The notes beneath the pieces were generated by a model, which saw only the letters and a list, made by a program, of their open reading frames with translations, made no database searches and was not told the origin of the DNA. The translations under genes were made by a program, and so were the position numbers. A stretch of 59,919 bases of DNA, counting the filler, from Malassezia furfur (taxonomy: Eukaryota), in the NCBI GenBank assembly GCA_052055015.1. It is 7 parts of 7 records of this genome, joined end to end, with 100 filler letters (N's around TTAATTAATTAA, not from the genome) between each part and the next. Parts side by side here need not be neighbours in the genome. Positions count along the whole stretch, not along the records: positions 1 to 8,658 come from JBQJIT010000453.1; positions 8,759 to 17,332 come from JBQJIT010000454.1; 5 more parts are not named here. The stretch is one strand, 5' to 3'. This document shows, in pieces, positions 1 to 11,102 of the stretch; the stretch's first letter is position 1; every line of letters starts with the position of its first letter.

Positions 1-1124
1 TCGTCCTCGTCCGACTCGAGCTCGCCCCAGTGCTGGTACTGCGGCTGCTGCTCGGTGTCCTGTGCTGCATTCGGGTCCTCTTGCTCGCCAAAGACGTCGC
101 CATACTTGGGATTCCCTGCATCGTCTAGCGGCGGACGTCCCCAGCCACCCGGGTGGAAACCCCACTGAGCACCCTTGGGGATGGGCGCATTCAGACCCGG
201 GATTTTCAGGTGGGGGTAGCTTGGCGGCGGCCCGTGACGCTGCATCGCAATCAGCCAAGGTACCGGTGCAAGCGGTGGAATAGACAGCGCTTCTTTGAGC
301 GCGGGCGACAGGTCGCCGGGGCGGCGTTTGCGCATGCGCGCCTCAAACTCCTTGCCCTCAAAGTAGGTCTCGCCGTAACCCGAGAGTGGCGGCTTGGTTT
401 GGAACTTGAAGAAGGCGTCGTGCAGCTTTTGGTAGTCGATGTCCATGCGCCCCAGCTTCGGCTGGACACGCTCGCGCGTCTTGGCCTTGAGCGTCTTGTC
501 AGTGTCGGCCATGTTGATCGCATCACGCAGCGTCGCAATGCCTGTATCCGCAATGTTTTTGGGCAGCTCGTAGCGTTTCTTGCCCGAGCCACGGTGCGAC
601 TGCAGGTATTCTCGTTTGGAGCCCCAGTGGGAGGGCACGGGCACCGAGTTGCGCACGGTGCGCAGGTGGATGAGCAGGATGGGGTCGGCGGCAGCGACAT
701 CGCTCCATTCCACCAGCTCGGGCCGCGAAACAAGCTGTTTAAGCTCGGCGACGCTCATGCGCTCCATCTGGCGCTGACGCCGTTTCGAGAGAGGAAACGC
801 GACTTTGGGCTCGGCGTCCTCGTCCATATCGTCGTCCGAATACAACACCTCGCCCTTTTCGGGTGCAGACGCGTTCGCTTCCTCGGTCGGCTGGAATCGC
901 TCGAGCACATGCGCGAACTGCTCGGCCATCGCGTCATCCAGCTGCGGCTCGACGACGGTGTCGATGGTGTCGACGGACTCGGCAGGCGCCGGCGCAGGAG
1001 GCGGTGCAGAGCGCGGTTCCTGTGCCTCTTCATGCTTCTCTTCGGTGCGCTGCAGTTTGCGCTTCGCGCGGCGCTTCGCATTCTTCGAGAGCGGGCGTGC
1101 ACCGCCGTTCGCCTCGAGCTCCAT
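1..1124 (-). CDS. CUS1: U2 snRNP SF3b subunit 2 (Cus1/SF3B2), 3' end runs off the contig
   Basis: Hand translation from ATG 1124 (missing from the ORF track because there is no stop): YQKLHDAFFKFQTKPPLSGYGETYFEGKEFE (DUF382) and PWLIAMQRHGPPPSYPHLKIPGLNAPIP..WGFHPGGWGRPP (PSP domain). Confidence 0.93.
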   Translation of the reverse strand, partial: MELEANGGARPLSKNAKRRAKRKLQRTEEKHEEAQEPRSAPPPAPAPAESVDTIDTVVEPQLDDAMAEQFAHVLERFQPTEEANASAPEKGEVLYSDDDMDEDAEPKVAFPLSKRRQRQMERMSVAELKQLVSRPELVEWSDVAAADPILLIHLRTVRNSVPVPSHWGSKREYLQSHRGSGKKRYELPKNIADTGIATLRDAINMADTDKTLKAKTRERVQPKLGRMDIDYQKLHDAFFKFQTKPPLSGYGETYFEGKEFEARMRKRRPGDLSPALKEALSIPPLAPVPWLIAMQRHGPPPSYPHLKIPGLNAPIPKGAQWGFHPGGWGRPPLDDAGNPKYGDVFGEQEDPNAAQDTEQQPQYQHWGELESDED

Positions 1125-1264
1125 GGCGACGGGCGGTTGAGCGGGGGGACGTCGCTTCGGCCGAGGGGGAAGGGCAATTTTCGTTTCTTCTGCGCGCGCG
1201 CCGGGTTCTCTCTTCCGTGAGCGCCAGCTGTGGGTTGTGAAAGGCCGACGTTGGATTACCCACG

Positions 1265-4200
1265 ATGCCGCCTGTTATCAAACCGGAAGCGGTGCTAAAG
1301 CGCTCCGAGGAGCTGATCAATGTGGGGCAGTCGTCTGCTGCGCTGCAGGCGCTCCATGAGTTTACGTTCTCGCGCCGTTTCAAGCAGGGTCCCTCGAGCT
1401 CGCTGGAGCCGCTGATGGAGCGCTTCATGGAGCTGTGTGTGGACCAGCGCCGTGGACGTGCTGCGAAGGAGGCGCTGATGCAGTACAAGAATGCCTTCCA
1501 GAACACCGAGCCGCAGTCGATTCGGAACGTGATCAACCACTTCCTGAAGCACGCGAACGACAAGGTGACCGAGGCCCGCAGCCGTGCCGATGCCGCGGCT
1601 GAGGAGCTGGATGTGGACGATCTCGAGGAGAGCGAGACGCCCGAGAGCATCCTGCTGGGCAGTGTGAGCCAGGACCAGGAGCGCGACCGCACCGACCGCA
1701 CGATGGTCACGCCCTGGCTCAAGTTCCTCTGGGAGGCCTACCGCACCGCACTCGACATCCTGAAGAACAACACGCGCCTCGAGATGGCGTACCAGCAGAC
1801 CGCGGACGAGGCGCTGCACTTCTGTCTGCAGCACCAGCGCAAGACCGAGTTCCGCCGCCTGTGTGAGGTGCTGCGCCAGCACCTGCAGAGCGTTGCGCGT
1901 TCGGCGCACCACACCAACGCGATCGACTTCTCGGACCCCGACACGCTGCAGCGCCACCTCGACACGCGCTTCACGCAGCTCAACATTGCCGTGGAGCTTG
2001 AGCTGTGGCAGGAGGCGTTCCGCAGCGTGGAGGATGTGCACAACTTGTTGACAATGGCCAAGAAGGCGCCCAAGCCCGCGATGATGGCCAACTACTACGA
2101 GAAGCTCACGCGCATCTTCATCGTGTCGGACAACCAGCTCTTCCACGCCGCGGCGTGGAACCGGTACTATGCGATTGCGCGCCTCTCGGCGCACACCGAG
2201 GCGGACCAGTCGCGCATGGCTTCGTTTGTGCTGCTGAGTGCGCTGGCGGTACCGGTGATTGCCTCGAGTGCGCCCGGCACGGGCAACCTGAACAAGGGCC
2301 GCACTGACTTTTTGCAGGGCGACTCCGAGACGCGCCAGCGCACTGGCCGCCTGAATGCGCTGCTGGGCCTGAGCCGCACGCCGACGCGTGCCGGTCTACT
2401 GCGTGAGGCGCTGAACCGCAACGTGCTGCGCCGTGTGCGCCCCGAGCTGCGGGAGCTGTACCACATCCTTGAGGTCGAGTTCCACCCGCTCTCGATCTGT
2501 GCCAAGATTGAGCCGATCCTCGCGCAGATTGCGCAGGACCCGCACATGGCCAAGTATGTCAAGCCGCTGCACCAGGTGGTGCTCACGCGCCTCTTCCAGC
2601 AGCTGAGCCAGGTGTACGACTCGGTGAAGCTGCAGCAGGTCATGCAGCTTGTGAGCGCGTTCAAGGCGCCCTACCACTACACGGCGGCGGACATTGAAAA
2701 GTTCTGCCTGAACGCGTGCAAGCGCGGCCAGCTGAACCTGCGCATTGACCACATCGCGCAGGCGATCACCTTCCAGGACGACGTATTTGCCACCGACGTG
2801 CACCCTGCGGTCGGCAGCTCGCACGAAACGGACCTGGTGCGCCTGCAGACGACGCCGTCGGAGCTGGTGCGCACGCAGCTCGCGCGCCTCGCCGAGTCGC
2901 TCGATGCGACGCTGCGTGTCGTGGACCCCGCCGTGGAGTCGAGCGCCCAGGCTGCGCGCCACGCCGCGTTCAAGCACGCAATCCAGGAGGCCGACCGTGA
3001 GCACCAGCGCGCGGTGGAGCGCAAGGTTAAGGTGGAGCGCCGCAAGGAGCTTCTGCGCGAGATGGCCAAGAAGAAGGAGGAGGAAGAGGCCGTGGCCAAG
3101 GCCGAGCGCCTGCGCCAGCAGGCCGAGGCCGAGCAGAAGCGCTTCGCCGAGGAGGCGCGCCGTCGCGAGCTCGAGCACGTCCGCAAGGAGATGGAGGCCG
3201 CCAAGCTCGAGGAGGCGCGCCGCATGGCGCAGTCGCTCCGCGAAAAGGGCGGTCTCAAACTCAGCGAGGAAGAGTTTGCCAGCCTCGACACGGAGAAGCT
3301 CGTGCAGCTCCAGGTGGAGCAGATCGAGCGCGAAAAGAAGGACCTCAGCGAGCGCCTGCGCACGGTGCTCCGCCGCATGGACCACATCGAGCGTGCCTAC
3401 CGCCGCGAGGAGCAGCCGCTGCTTGCTGCGGACTACGAGCGCCAGCAGGCGGTCGACCTGGCGAACCACAAGCGCGCCTACGAGGTGCAGCGCGCCACGG
3501 CGCGCGAGCGCTACGAGGCCGACATGGCCATGAAGAAGGTCCTGTCGCGCATCATGCCCGACTACGACGGCATGCGCGACATGCTCCTCGAGCGGCGCCG
3601 CGCGCAGCACAAGGAGCGCGTCGCCCAGGCCGAGACGCAGATCGAGAAGGAGAAGGAGCAGCGCCGCGCCGATTATATCGCCGCGCGCGAGGAGGAGGAG
3701 CGCCGCGCCGCTGCCGAGGCCGAGGAGCGCGCCAAGTACGAGGCGCAGCGCAAGCAGCGCGAGGAGGAAGAGGCGCGCATGGCCGAGAAGCACCGTGCCG
3801 ACGCCGAGCGCGAAGCACAGCTGGAGGCGCAGAAGCGCGCCGAGATCGAAGAGCGCCAACAGTCGCTCCGCCAGCAGGCCGAGAAGCAGGCCGCGCAGCA
3901 GGCCAAAGCACAGGAGCGCCTCGACCGCGACCGCAGCGAGGCCGCCGCGCGCGCCGAGTCGGCCAACACCTGGCGGAGAGCCGGGCCGCCCTCGACGCCC
4001 GCGCCGAGCGGCGCGTCGGACCCGATGTTTGCCAACCGCCGCTACCGCCCCGGCGACCTGCGCCGCCAGGCCGGCGATGGGCGTGCGCCCGAGAACCGTG
4101 CGCCGCCGCCACCGCCGCCCTCGTCAGACCGGCCGTCGATGGGCGGTTCGGGCCGCTATGTGCCAGGCGCCTTTTCGCGTATGCGCCAGGGCGGCGGCAA

Positions 4201-4303
4201 CGCTCCGCCGCCGTCGGCCAACCCGCCGCCGCGTGACGCGGACGGGTTCACGCAGGTGCGCCCGCGGAGTGGCAATGCGTATCGCCCGCCCAGTGCGCGC
4301 TAG
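1265..4303 (+). CDS. TIF32: Translation initiation factor eIF3 subunit A
   Basis: 1012-aa ORF: KPEAVLKRSEELI start, TPWLKFLWEAYR, ELELWQEAFRSVEDVH, PCI region, long E/R coiled-coil tail. Confidence 0.97.
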   Translation: MPPVIKPEAVLKRSEELINVGQSSAALQALHEFTFSRRFKQGPSSSLEPLMERFMELCVDQRRGRAAKEALMQYKNAFQNTEPQSIRNVINHFLKHANDKVTEARSRADAAAEELDVDDLEESETPESILLGSVSQDQERDRTDRTMVTPWLKFLWEAYRTALDILKNNTRLEMAYQQTADEALHFCLQHQRKTEFRRLCEVLRQHLQSVARSAHHTNAIDFSDPDTLQRHLDTRFTQLNIAVELELWQEAFRSVEDVHNLLTMAKKAPKPAMMANYYEKLTRIFIVSDNQLFHAAAWNRYYAIARLSAHTEADQSRMASFVLLSALAVPVIASSAPGTGNLNKGRTDFLQGDSETRQRTGRLNALLGLSRTPTRAGLLREALNRNVLRRVRPELRELYHILEVEFHPLSICAKIEPILAQIAQDPHMAKYVKPLHQVVLTRLFQQLSQVYDSVKLQQVMQLVSAFKAPYHYTAADIEKFCLNACKRGQLNLRIDHIAQAITFQDDVFATDVHPAVGSSHETDLVRLQTTPSELVRTQLARLAESLDATLRVVDPAVESSAQAARHAAFKHAIQEADREHQRAVERKVKVERRKELLREMAKKKEEEEAVAKAERLRQQAEAEQKRFAEEARRRELEHVRKEMEAAKLEEARRMAQSLREKGGLKLSEEEFASLDTEKLVQLQVEQIEREKKDLSERLRTVLRRMDHIERAYRREEQPLLAADYERQQAVDLANHKRAYEVQRATARERYEADMAMKKVLSRIMPDYDGMRDMLLERRRAQHKERVAQAETQIEKEKEQRRADYIAAREEEERRAAAEAEERAKYEAQRKQREEEEARMAEKHRADAEREAQLEAQKRAEIEERQQSLRQQAEKQAAQQAKAQERLDRDRSEAAARAESANTWRRAGPPSTPAPSGASDPMFANRRYRPGDLRRQAGDGRAPENRAPPPPPPSSDRPSMGGSGRYVPGAFSRMRQGGGNAPPPSANPPPRDADGFTQVRPRSGNAYRPPSAR

Positions 4304-4457
4304 ATGGACGGTGCCGTAGCATTATAGAGATGCGAGCCATGGACGCCGCAGAGGCCAACCAGCAGTACAAGGGCGCGTATGTGGAGAAGGCGTGTGACAG
4401 GGGGTCGCCGACGAAATTTTGGCCCCTTTTGGAGAAGCGTGGAGTCGGTGAGTCGTC

Positions 4458-6078
4458 ATGCAGCGACCATCCGGGGAGGGCATCGAGGAAGGCGACGACG
4501 TCGGCAAGTATGACGCTATGTCGTCTCAGGCCGTGCTACCGATACCCCAGGGCACAAGCCAGCCCACGCAACCGGCACAGGACAAGGAGCTTCTCCCGCG
4601 GTCGTTTGGAAGCGCTGTGCTACAGACTTTGCCCATGCTGGTGTTGGCCGCAGCGGGGCTATTGTTGTCGGGCCGCGAACTTGACCGCATCTCGGTAGGT
4701 GCACGCATCTGACCTTAGCACTGGAATGTATTCCAGGCGGTCGACAAGTTTCTCGTACTGGTACCCATCATGTTCAACCTCAAGGGTAACCTAGAGCTGA
4801 ATTTGTCGCTGCGCATGTCGACTGCAGTACGTCGCACACACTCACCCACAGTCCAATATGAGCGAGCTTGACAGCCGGCGCACGCGCCAGACCCTGGTGC
4901 GCGGCAACCTGGCTCTTCTTCAAGCTCAGGCGCTCATCATTGCGTGCGTCGCCGGCGCACTGTCCTTCGTGCTGGGCCACGACTGGGACGGCACCGCCGC
5001 GGCGCTGGCCGCCGCGCCGAGTGCTGATGCAAGCACCTCCGCTCTTTCTGTCGCGTCGAATGCGACGATATCTGCGCTCGTGCCGCGCGGCATTCATAAC
5101 CCGAACCGGCCCAACGTGAACCGTGCGCTCCGGCTACGGAACGGCTACTTGGAATTTTTTATGATTGTCGCGGTCGCCATGATGTCGGCGTCCCTGTCTT
5201 CTGCCGCGCAGGGGACGTGCCTGTGTGCGCTGGTGATCTGGTCGCGGCGCTTCAATATCGACCCGGACCAGAGTGTCGTGCCGATCGCCGGGTCACTTGG
5301 CGACCTGGTCACGTTGACCATCCTGGGCGTACTGGCCGCCGGCATGTTCCCCACCGAGGGCTCGCTGCTTTCGCTAGCGCTGTTTGTGGTGCTGATCGGG
5401 ATCTGCTGCGTGATGGTGATTATGACGCTCCGCAACGTGTATGTGCGCGAATTGTTTGGCGAGGGCTGGATGCCGCTGATCGTCGCGGCCGTCGTAAGCT
5501 CGGTAGCGGGGCTGCTACTTGACCGCAACGCAGACCGGTACGATGGCCTTGCACTACTCGCGCCGGTCGTGAGCGGCCTGCCCGGTGTCGCGGCGGCCAT
5601 CATGACATCGACGCTGTCGTCCGGCCTGCACATGGGCCGCGTCGTGGCCCCCACGCGCTCGGCGCTCGGTACCTACGCACCGATCCACGACGCAGACGGG
5701 GACGCACGCGCAGACACGGCACCTGCGCCGCCCGGCGCCCGAGGCAGGTTCGTACCGCTATGCGGCTGGCAGCTGCCGCTTGCGCTGTTGGCCAGCACGA
5801 TTGCGGTGCAGGTTTGCTACCTCTTTTTCCTGTGGGCGACGCGCAGCCTTGTGTTTGGCTGGCAGTTTGCCGTGTGCTTCACGGCGCTGAGCATGCTGCT
5901 CGTGTGCGTGGCGCTCACGCTGGGATATACAATGTGCTTGCTGCTGTGGTACTTTGACTACGACCCCGACATGTCGTGCATGCCCTACGTCACGTCGCTC
6001 GTCGACGCCCTCAGTCAGCTTGTTTTGTTTGCCGCGTTTGCGGCGGCGCACGCGCTCGGCGATCGCGTCTCGACCTAG
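4458..6078 (+). CDS. SLC41/MgtE-type Mg2+ transporter
   Basis: Splicing introns 4695-4718 (24 nt) and 4827-4851 (25 nt) gives LDRISHWNVF..LVPIMFNLKGNLELNLSLRMSTASNMSELD, followed by IDPDQ..PIAGSLGDLVT and YDPD..PYVTSLVD. Start could instead be 4518. Confidence 0.88.
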
Positions 6079-7922
6079 GGCGACGATGCGTTTTCGAGCA
6101 TCTCGGCGAGCGCTGCATTCTCCTCGGCAAACGCCTGGACCGCCGCGTGCGGGTCGTCTGGGAAACGGATAAACAGGCCCTGCAGCTCGGCCATGCTCAC
6201 ACCGCCGCGTGCCGCCGGCCGCGGCCAGAAGCCCGAGCGGGCGGCGCGCACCTCTTTGCCTTCGCCGGGCGCGTAGCCGTCTGCGTCGAGGTGCAGCGCC
6301 GCACGGCGGCGCTGCGTCGCCTGCTCCACCTCGCGCACGAGCTGATCGGCGGCGCGGTGAAGCTCGGCAGTGGTCTCTTCCAGGGCGTGCCGGTAGTAGT
6401 CGGTGCCCGCGTCCGGTGCGCTCTGGTTGAGCGGGTGCGCAAACTCGGCGGGGTCATAGCCGCGTGCGCGACGCGCGTCATCGAGGCGCGCCTCGAGCCG
6501 GTCGGCCTGGTAGAAGCGCACGAGCAGCTCGCGCACCTGGCTCGGCCGCGCGTCGCCGAGCTCGCAGATCATGTCGACGCGCCCGGGACGGATCAGTGCG
6601 GGATCAAGGCGCTCAAGGTGGTTGGTCGTCATAAAGATGATGCGCGACTCGCCCGACGCCACACCGTCGAGCGCATTGAGCAGCCCTGAGAATGTGACGC
6701 TCGGCTGGTAGCCGTCCGCATGGCGCTCAGGCGCGTGGTGCTGCCGCCCCGCAAATGCCGCGTCCACGTCCTCCAACAACAAAATGCTGCGCTCCGGCGC
6801 ATTCGACAGCAGGTGGTTGAGCTTGTCGTCGGTCATGCCGCGCTCCGCAAGGTTCAGCAGGCAGATGTTGAAGTCGAGGCTGCCCGCAAGCGCGGTGATG
6901 AACGACGTCTTGCCTGAACCCGGCGCGCCGTGCAGCAGATACCCGCGGCGGTACGGAATGCCGCGCTTGGCATACCACGGCCCGCGACTCAAAAAGCGGC
7001 GTACATCGCCCACCAGCTCGTCCTTCTTGTCCATGTCGAGTACCACACTGTCCAGCTCACGCACGCGGCGCGGGTGTCCAAACGGGCGCCACTCGGCGCC
7101 CCAGCTTGTAAAGATGACCGTCTTGCCCTGGGTTGAGGCGAGCGCGAGCTGCCGCGCCTCAGCGAGGAGCTGCGTAAATAGATGCGAGTACGACGCAAGC
7201 GTCGTCAGTGTCACCGTCTCCCATGGTGCCCCCGTGGATAGGTCGACGAGCTTGCCGTTGCGCTCGCGGTGCAGGCGGATCCACACGCCGCGGTAGCGGA
7301 AATAGTGTGTGCCGGGGCCAGGCACCAGTGAAAAGGTTGCCTTGCCGCGCTCGTCATCGTCCCGCCCGCCAGTCGTCGGCTCGGTGTACTGCGTGTCGAC
7401 GGCCAAGTCGCGCGAGATGATGCGCACGGGCGACACCACCTCGTTGCCAGCACGCAAAGGGTCCGACTGTGCGTCGCGTGTGCGCAAGTCGGTTTTGGTC
7501 GCATGCGGCGGCGTTGCGTGGCGCACGCCGAGGAACTCGAGGAGCGACTCGCGCGGCGGACGGCCGTCGTACGCCTTGCGGCGGAGCGCCTGCGCCTGCG
7601 CCTGTGCGCCCATCCAGTGCAGGAACCACGGGTGTGCGCGATCCTTGGACGGAATCTCGAGCGACACGAGCATACGGTGCTTGGCGGCATTCGCGCCGAG
7701 CTGCACCAGGCTCCGCGAGTAGGCCAGCACACCGCCAAAGAGCATCAAACCGAAGCCTGCGGAGAAGTAGGGGTTGTTCTCCATCATCGATGTGATCAGG
7801 CCCTTGGATGCGTCGGATGAACCCGTTTGGGCGGGCGGCACGGCGGATGCTCCGGTGAGCTGCGCCGATGGGGCAGCGGCCGGCGGTGTCGCCGGCGCCG
7901 CGTCTTCCTGCGTCACGGCCAT
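6075..7922 (-). CDS. BCS1: Mitochondrial AAA-ATPase Bcs1
   Basis: NPYFSAGFGL TM, GIPYRRGYLLHGAPGSGKTS Walker A, LLEDVD Walker B, TFSGLLNALDGV, LDPALIRPGRVD. Start taken at MAVTQ. Confidence 0.95.
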   Translation of the reverse strand: MAVTQEDAAPATPPAAAPSAQLTGASAVPPAQTGSSDASKGLITSMMENNPYFSAGFGLMLFGGVLAYSRSLVQLGANAAKHRMLVSLEIPSKDRAHPWFLHWMGAQAQAQALRRKAYDGRPPRESLLEFLGVRHATPPHATKTDLRTRDAQSDPLRAGNEVVSPVRIISRDLAVDTQYTEPTTGGRDDDERGKATFSLVPGPGTHYFRYRGVWIRLHRERNGKLVDLSTGAPWETVTLTTLASYSHLFTQLLAEARQLALASTQGKTVIFTSWGAEWRPFGHPRRVRELDSVVLDMDKKDELVGDVRRFLSRGPWYAKRGIPYRRGYLLHGAPGSGKTSFITALAGSLDFNICLLNLAERGMTDDKLNHLLSNAPERSILLLEDVDAAFAGRQHHAPERHADGYQPSVTFSGLLNALDGVASGESRIIFMTTNHLERLDPALIRPGRVDMICELGDARPSQVRELLVRFYQADRLEARLDDARRARGYDPAEFAHPLNQSAPDAGTDYYRHALEETTAELHRAADQLVREVEQATQRRRAALHLDADGYAPGEGKEVRAARSGFWPRPAARGGVSMAELQGLFIRFPDDPHAAVQAFAEENAALAEMLENASSP

Positions 7923-7999
7923 GGCAGAGGCAGGTGGAGGCAGGTAGGTGGAGGGGGGCAGGGATCTTAACAAGCATGCTAGGTAGCGTATGAACGTCG

Positions 8000-8658
8000 T
8001 CAAGTCAGGCCGTCGTGCCGATCGGGCGACAGACGGCGCATGACCGAGTTCCACGCACCCATATCGTACGAGGGCGATGGGGTGCGGTGGGTTTGGATGG
8101 AGGAAGAACTGCCGGGCGGCTCCTCGTCGCTTCGGGTGCGCGGGGGATCCGCAAACGGATTGGGGCCATGGTCGTTGAACGAGAGGCGGCGGCGCGCCAC
8201 GGGCGACACAGACAGCGGCGAGAGATGCACATCACTCGCGCCGTCGGCAATGTCGCCGCCAAAGTAGTCGGGGTACGCCGCCGAGTTGGGCGTGCGCAGC
8301 CCGTCCGGAGACGCCTGGAACGGCCACGCCGGGGGGCTTGTGCGTGAGCCCGTGCTCAGACGCGGGCTGTGCTCCGTGGCGAGGCGCGTGTCGATACGAA
8401 TATCGGGCCGTGGCGGCGTGCGCCCCACGTCGCCCTCGACCGTGATCGAGGGGAAGCCACGCTCGTCGCTCGGCATCGCAACGCGCGTGATGTGCTCGCG
8501 GTTAGCCCGCGCTGCGAGGAAGCGCCGGCGCAGGTACACGGTGCGCAGCAGCCCTCGCACACGCTCAAGGCTGATGGTGTTATCGATGCGGTCGAGCAAA
8601 GCACGGCGCTCGATAAACTCGGACACCTCCATGTTGGTGGGCTTGGAGCACATTTTGT
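8000..8658 (-). CDS. C-terminal fragment of a larger protein, possibly the Ca2+ channel Cch1
   Basis: Open from the contig end. EFIERRALLDRIDNTISLERVRGLLRTVYLRRRFLA resembles, from memory, fungal Cch1 C-termini, followed by an S/P-rich tail. Confidence 0.45.
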
Positions 8659-8758
8659 NNNNNNNNNNNNNNNNNNNNNNNNNNNNNNNNNNNNNNNNNN
8701 NNTTAATTAATTAANNNNNNNNNNNNNNNNNNNNNNNNNNNNNNNNNNNNNNNNNNNN
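8659..8758. other. Artificial contig linker N44-TTAATTAATTAA-N44 (also 17333-17432, 26003-26102, 34497-34596, 42982-43081, 51459-51558)
   Basis: Six identical 100-nt spacers with stops in all frames. Flanking segments measure 8658, 8574, 8570, 8394, 8385, 8377 and 8361 nt, i.e. sorted by size. Confidence 0.97.
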
Positions 8759-10835
8759 CGCGCCCTGCGGGGCTCGCGGGCATCGGGGCGCGGGGGATCG
8801 GCGCACGCGCCACGTCGGGGCGCGTAAGCGCCGTGCGTGCACCCTCCGGACGAAGGAGCGACGACCGGCGTCGTCGCTGCTCAGCAAACGAGATGCGCTG
8901 CCGCTGAGCGACCGGCACATTCTCTTGCTCGCGCCCAACCGCCGGCACGACAGCTTGCCGACCCTTGGCAGGGCCGGGAATAAGCTGTGGTGCATCGCAA
9001 GGCACCTCGTCGTCGGCCGGGCGCGTCAACGCGTCGAGAGGCACGCGTGTGACCCGTTTTAAGAAGGGCGACGGCCGTTCGTCTTCGCTCACAAGGTGCC
9101 ACTGCGGGTCCTGTGCAAGCAGGCGGTCACCGGAAGCGGGCGCCGACGCCGCACACGCCGGCTTGGTAGGCGTATCAAGCCCCGCGAGCACGCGGGTCGG
9201 CATGGGGGAGGCGGTGCGCTCGGCTTCAGGCAGGCTCTGTGCGCGCCAGATCGTCGAGGCGTCCTTCATCGAGCAATCGGACACGTCTGCGACCTTATGT
9301 TCGACGTGCCGCAGGCGCGCGAGCGCCGGCAACACGGGCGGTGCCGCGGCGCGCTCAGCCGTCTCGCCCTCGTCGGACGCCTGATCCTCCCACTCGTCGG
9401 ACGGCGGCGTATCGACGGATGCCGCGCCATCAGCATTGGGCGCCGATGCCGTCCCATCTGCCGGGTGGTCCTTGGACACACGGCGCACAGTGCGTGGTGT
9501 GAGACGCGACGGGAGCCGTCCCGGCATGGCCGGCCCGTCGCTAAGACGCCGTGACGTCTCGTCGCGCTGCGCTAGCTGAGCCTGCAGGGCGGCGATATCG
9601 GCGTCTTTCTGCGCGAGCGCATTTTGCAGCTGGACGCGTTCGCCGTGGTACCACTGCTCGTAGCGCTGCGTGAGCTCGGCCTGCATCGCCGCACACGCCT
9701 CCTCCCGCTGCTGTACCTCAGCCTGCTGCGCCTCGAGCACGCGCAAACGCTCCTCGGCGTGCACCGCAGGCCCTGTGTGTTCGAGTGCCGCCTCGCGTAC
9801 GCGCACATCTTGCTCGCGCGCCTCGATGGCGGCGGCTCGCGCCTCGAGTTGCTCGCGGTCACGCTGTACTTTGCGGTGCAGCTGCCCGAGCTCGTGCATG
9901 CGGCACGCCCATTTGATCTGGCGCACCTGGAGCAGTTGCCGCGTCGTGGGCCGGCGGCGGTGGTCGAGCTGGAGCATCGCATTGACCGTGTCCTGCAGGT
10001 CCCGCGAGTAGGCGCGCGGCAGGGGCGACACGACGCCCTGCTTGATTTTCCGCGTGAGCTCAGCCTGGTTTGAGGCGTCGAACGGCGGCGAGAGAGCACA
10101 TAGCTCGTACACGATGCACCCGAGGGCCCAAATGTCCGACTTGATGTCGTATTGCTGCCCCGATGCGAGCTCGGGGCTCATATAGTACGGGGTACCGACG
10201 TAGGTGTTGGCGAACGCCTGGGCAGCGATCTGTTTGCTCAGGCCAAAGTCGCCGAGCTTCACATTCTGGTCCACGTCCAAGAAGACATTCTCAGGCTTCA
10301 AGTCACGATGCAAGATGGCGTGGGCGGTGCCCCGCGTTGTGCCCACGGCTGTGTTGGGCGGCGCGCGGTAGTGGCACGCCTCGAGCGCCGCAGTCATCTG
10401 TGCAAAGTACGTCCACACCGTGTCTTCGGGGAGGTGTGTGCGTGTCCGGCGGCACCGCTTAATTATGGCCCCCAGGTCGCCGCCCTCGCACAGTTCCATA
10501 ACAATGTAGAGTATGCTGGCGGCGTTAGTGCCTTGTGTGCCGACCTACCCATTCTCAGTATCCACATAGCGCTCCTCGTAGCGCACCACATTGTCATGGT
10601 GTAGCGTGCGCAGGATGTTTACCTCGGAGACAATGTGCTTGCGATCGCGCTCGTTCATGCGTTCAAAGTTGAGTTCCTTGCGCGCGAACAGGGCGCCGTC
10701 CGACTTGCGCCGCACCTTGCGGATGAGTCCAAACGTGCCGCTGCCAATCACATCGAGTGCCTCATATCCCTCGAGCACGTATGCTGACGCGGCGGAGGTC
10801 CGCCGGTCCGTCGCCCCGCTCGCGGCGTTCCGCAT
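8759..10835 (-). CDS. nimA: NIMA/Nek family protein kinase, 3' truncated
   Basis: IGSGTFG, FARKELNFERM, HRDLKPEN, DFG, YVGTPYYMSPE, then coiled coil. Intron 10516-10548 (33 nt) joins ENG-ILYIVMELC. Confidence 0.92.
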
Positions 10836-11102
10836 GCCCACGACCACGAACAAACCAACACCCGCCGCCGGGGTAGGTGTTACTTTGCCACGTGGTGCAC
10901 GTGATGGCGCGACGCGCGGCGGATCAGCGCCAGCGTCCTGGGGCCGCGCGCGCCGGGCGGAGGCGTCCAACCTAATTAATTCACGGTGCTGTTTGCGTGA
11001 AATTCTATTCGCGCGCAGCCACTCCCTTGTTCCGATTGCGCGAATTCCGGCGACTAGCGCTGGGGTACCTGGCCATTGCGGACGGGCATTGAACACACCG
11101 TC

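Noticed and set aside
153..1220. Long antisense or alternate-frame ORFs (also 2396-3859, 18790-20862, 27120-28721, 29049-30926, 57060-58217)
   Set aside because: Mostly shadows of real genes caused by high GC3 codon bias; the antisense parts carry no family motifs.
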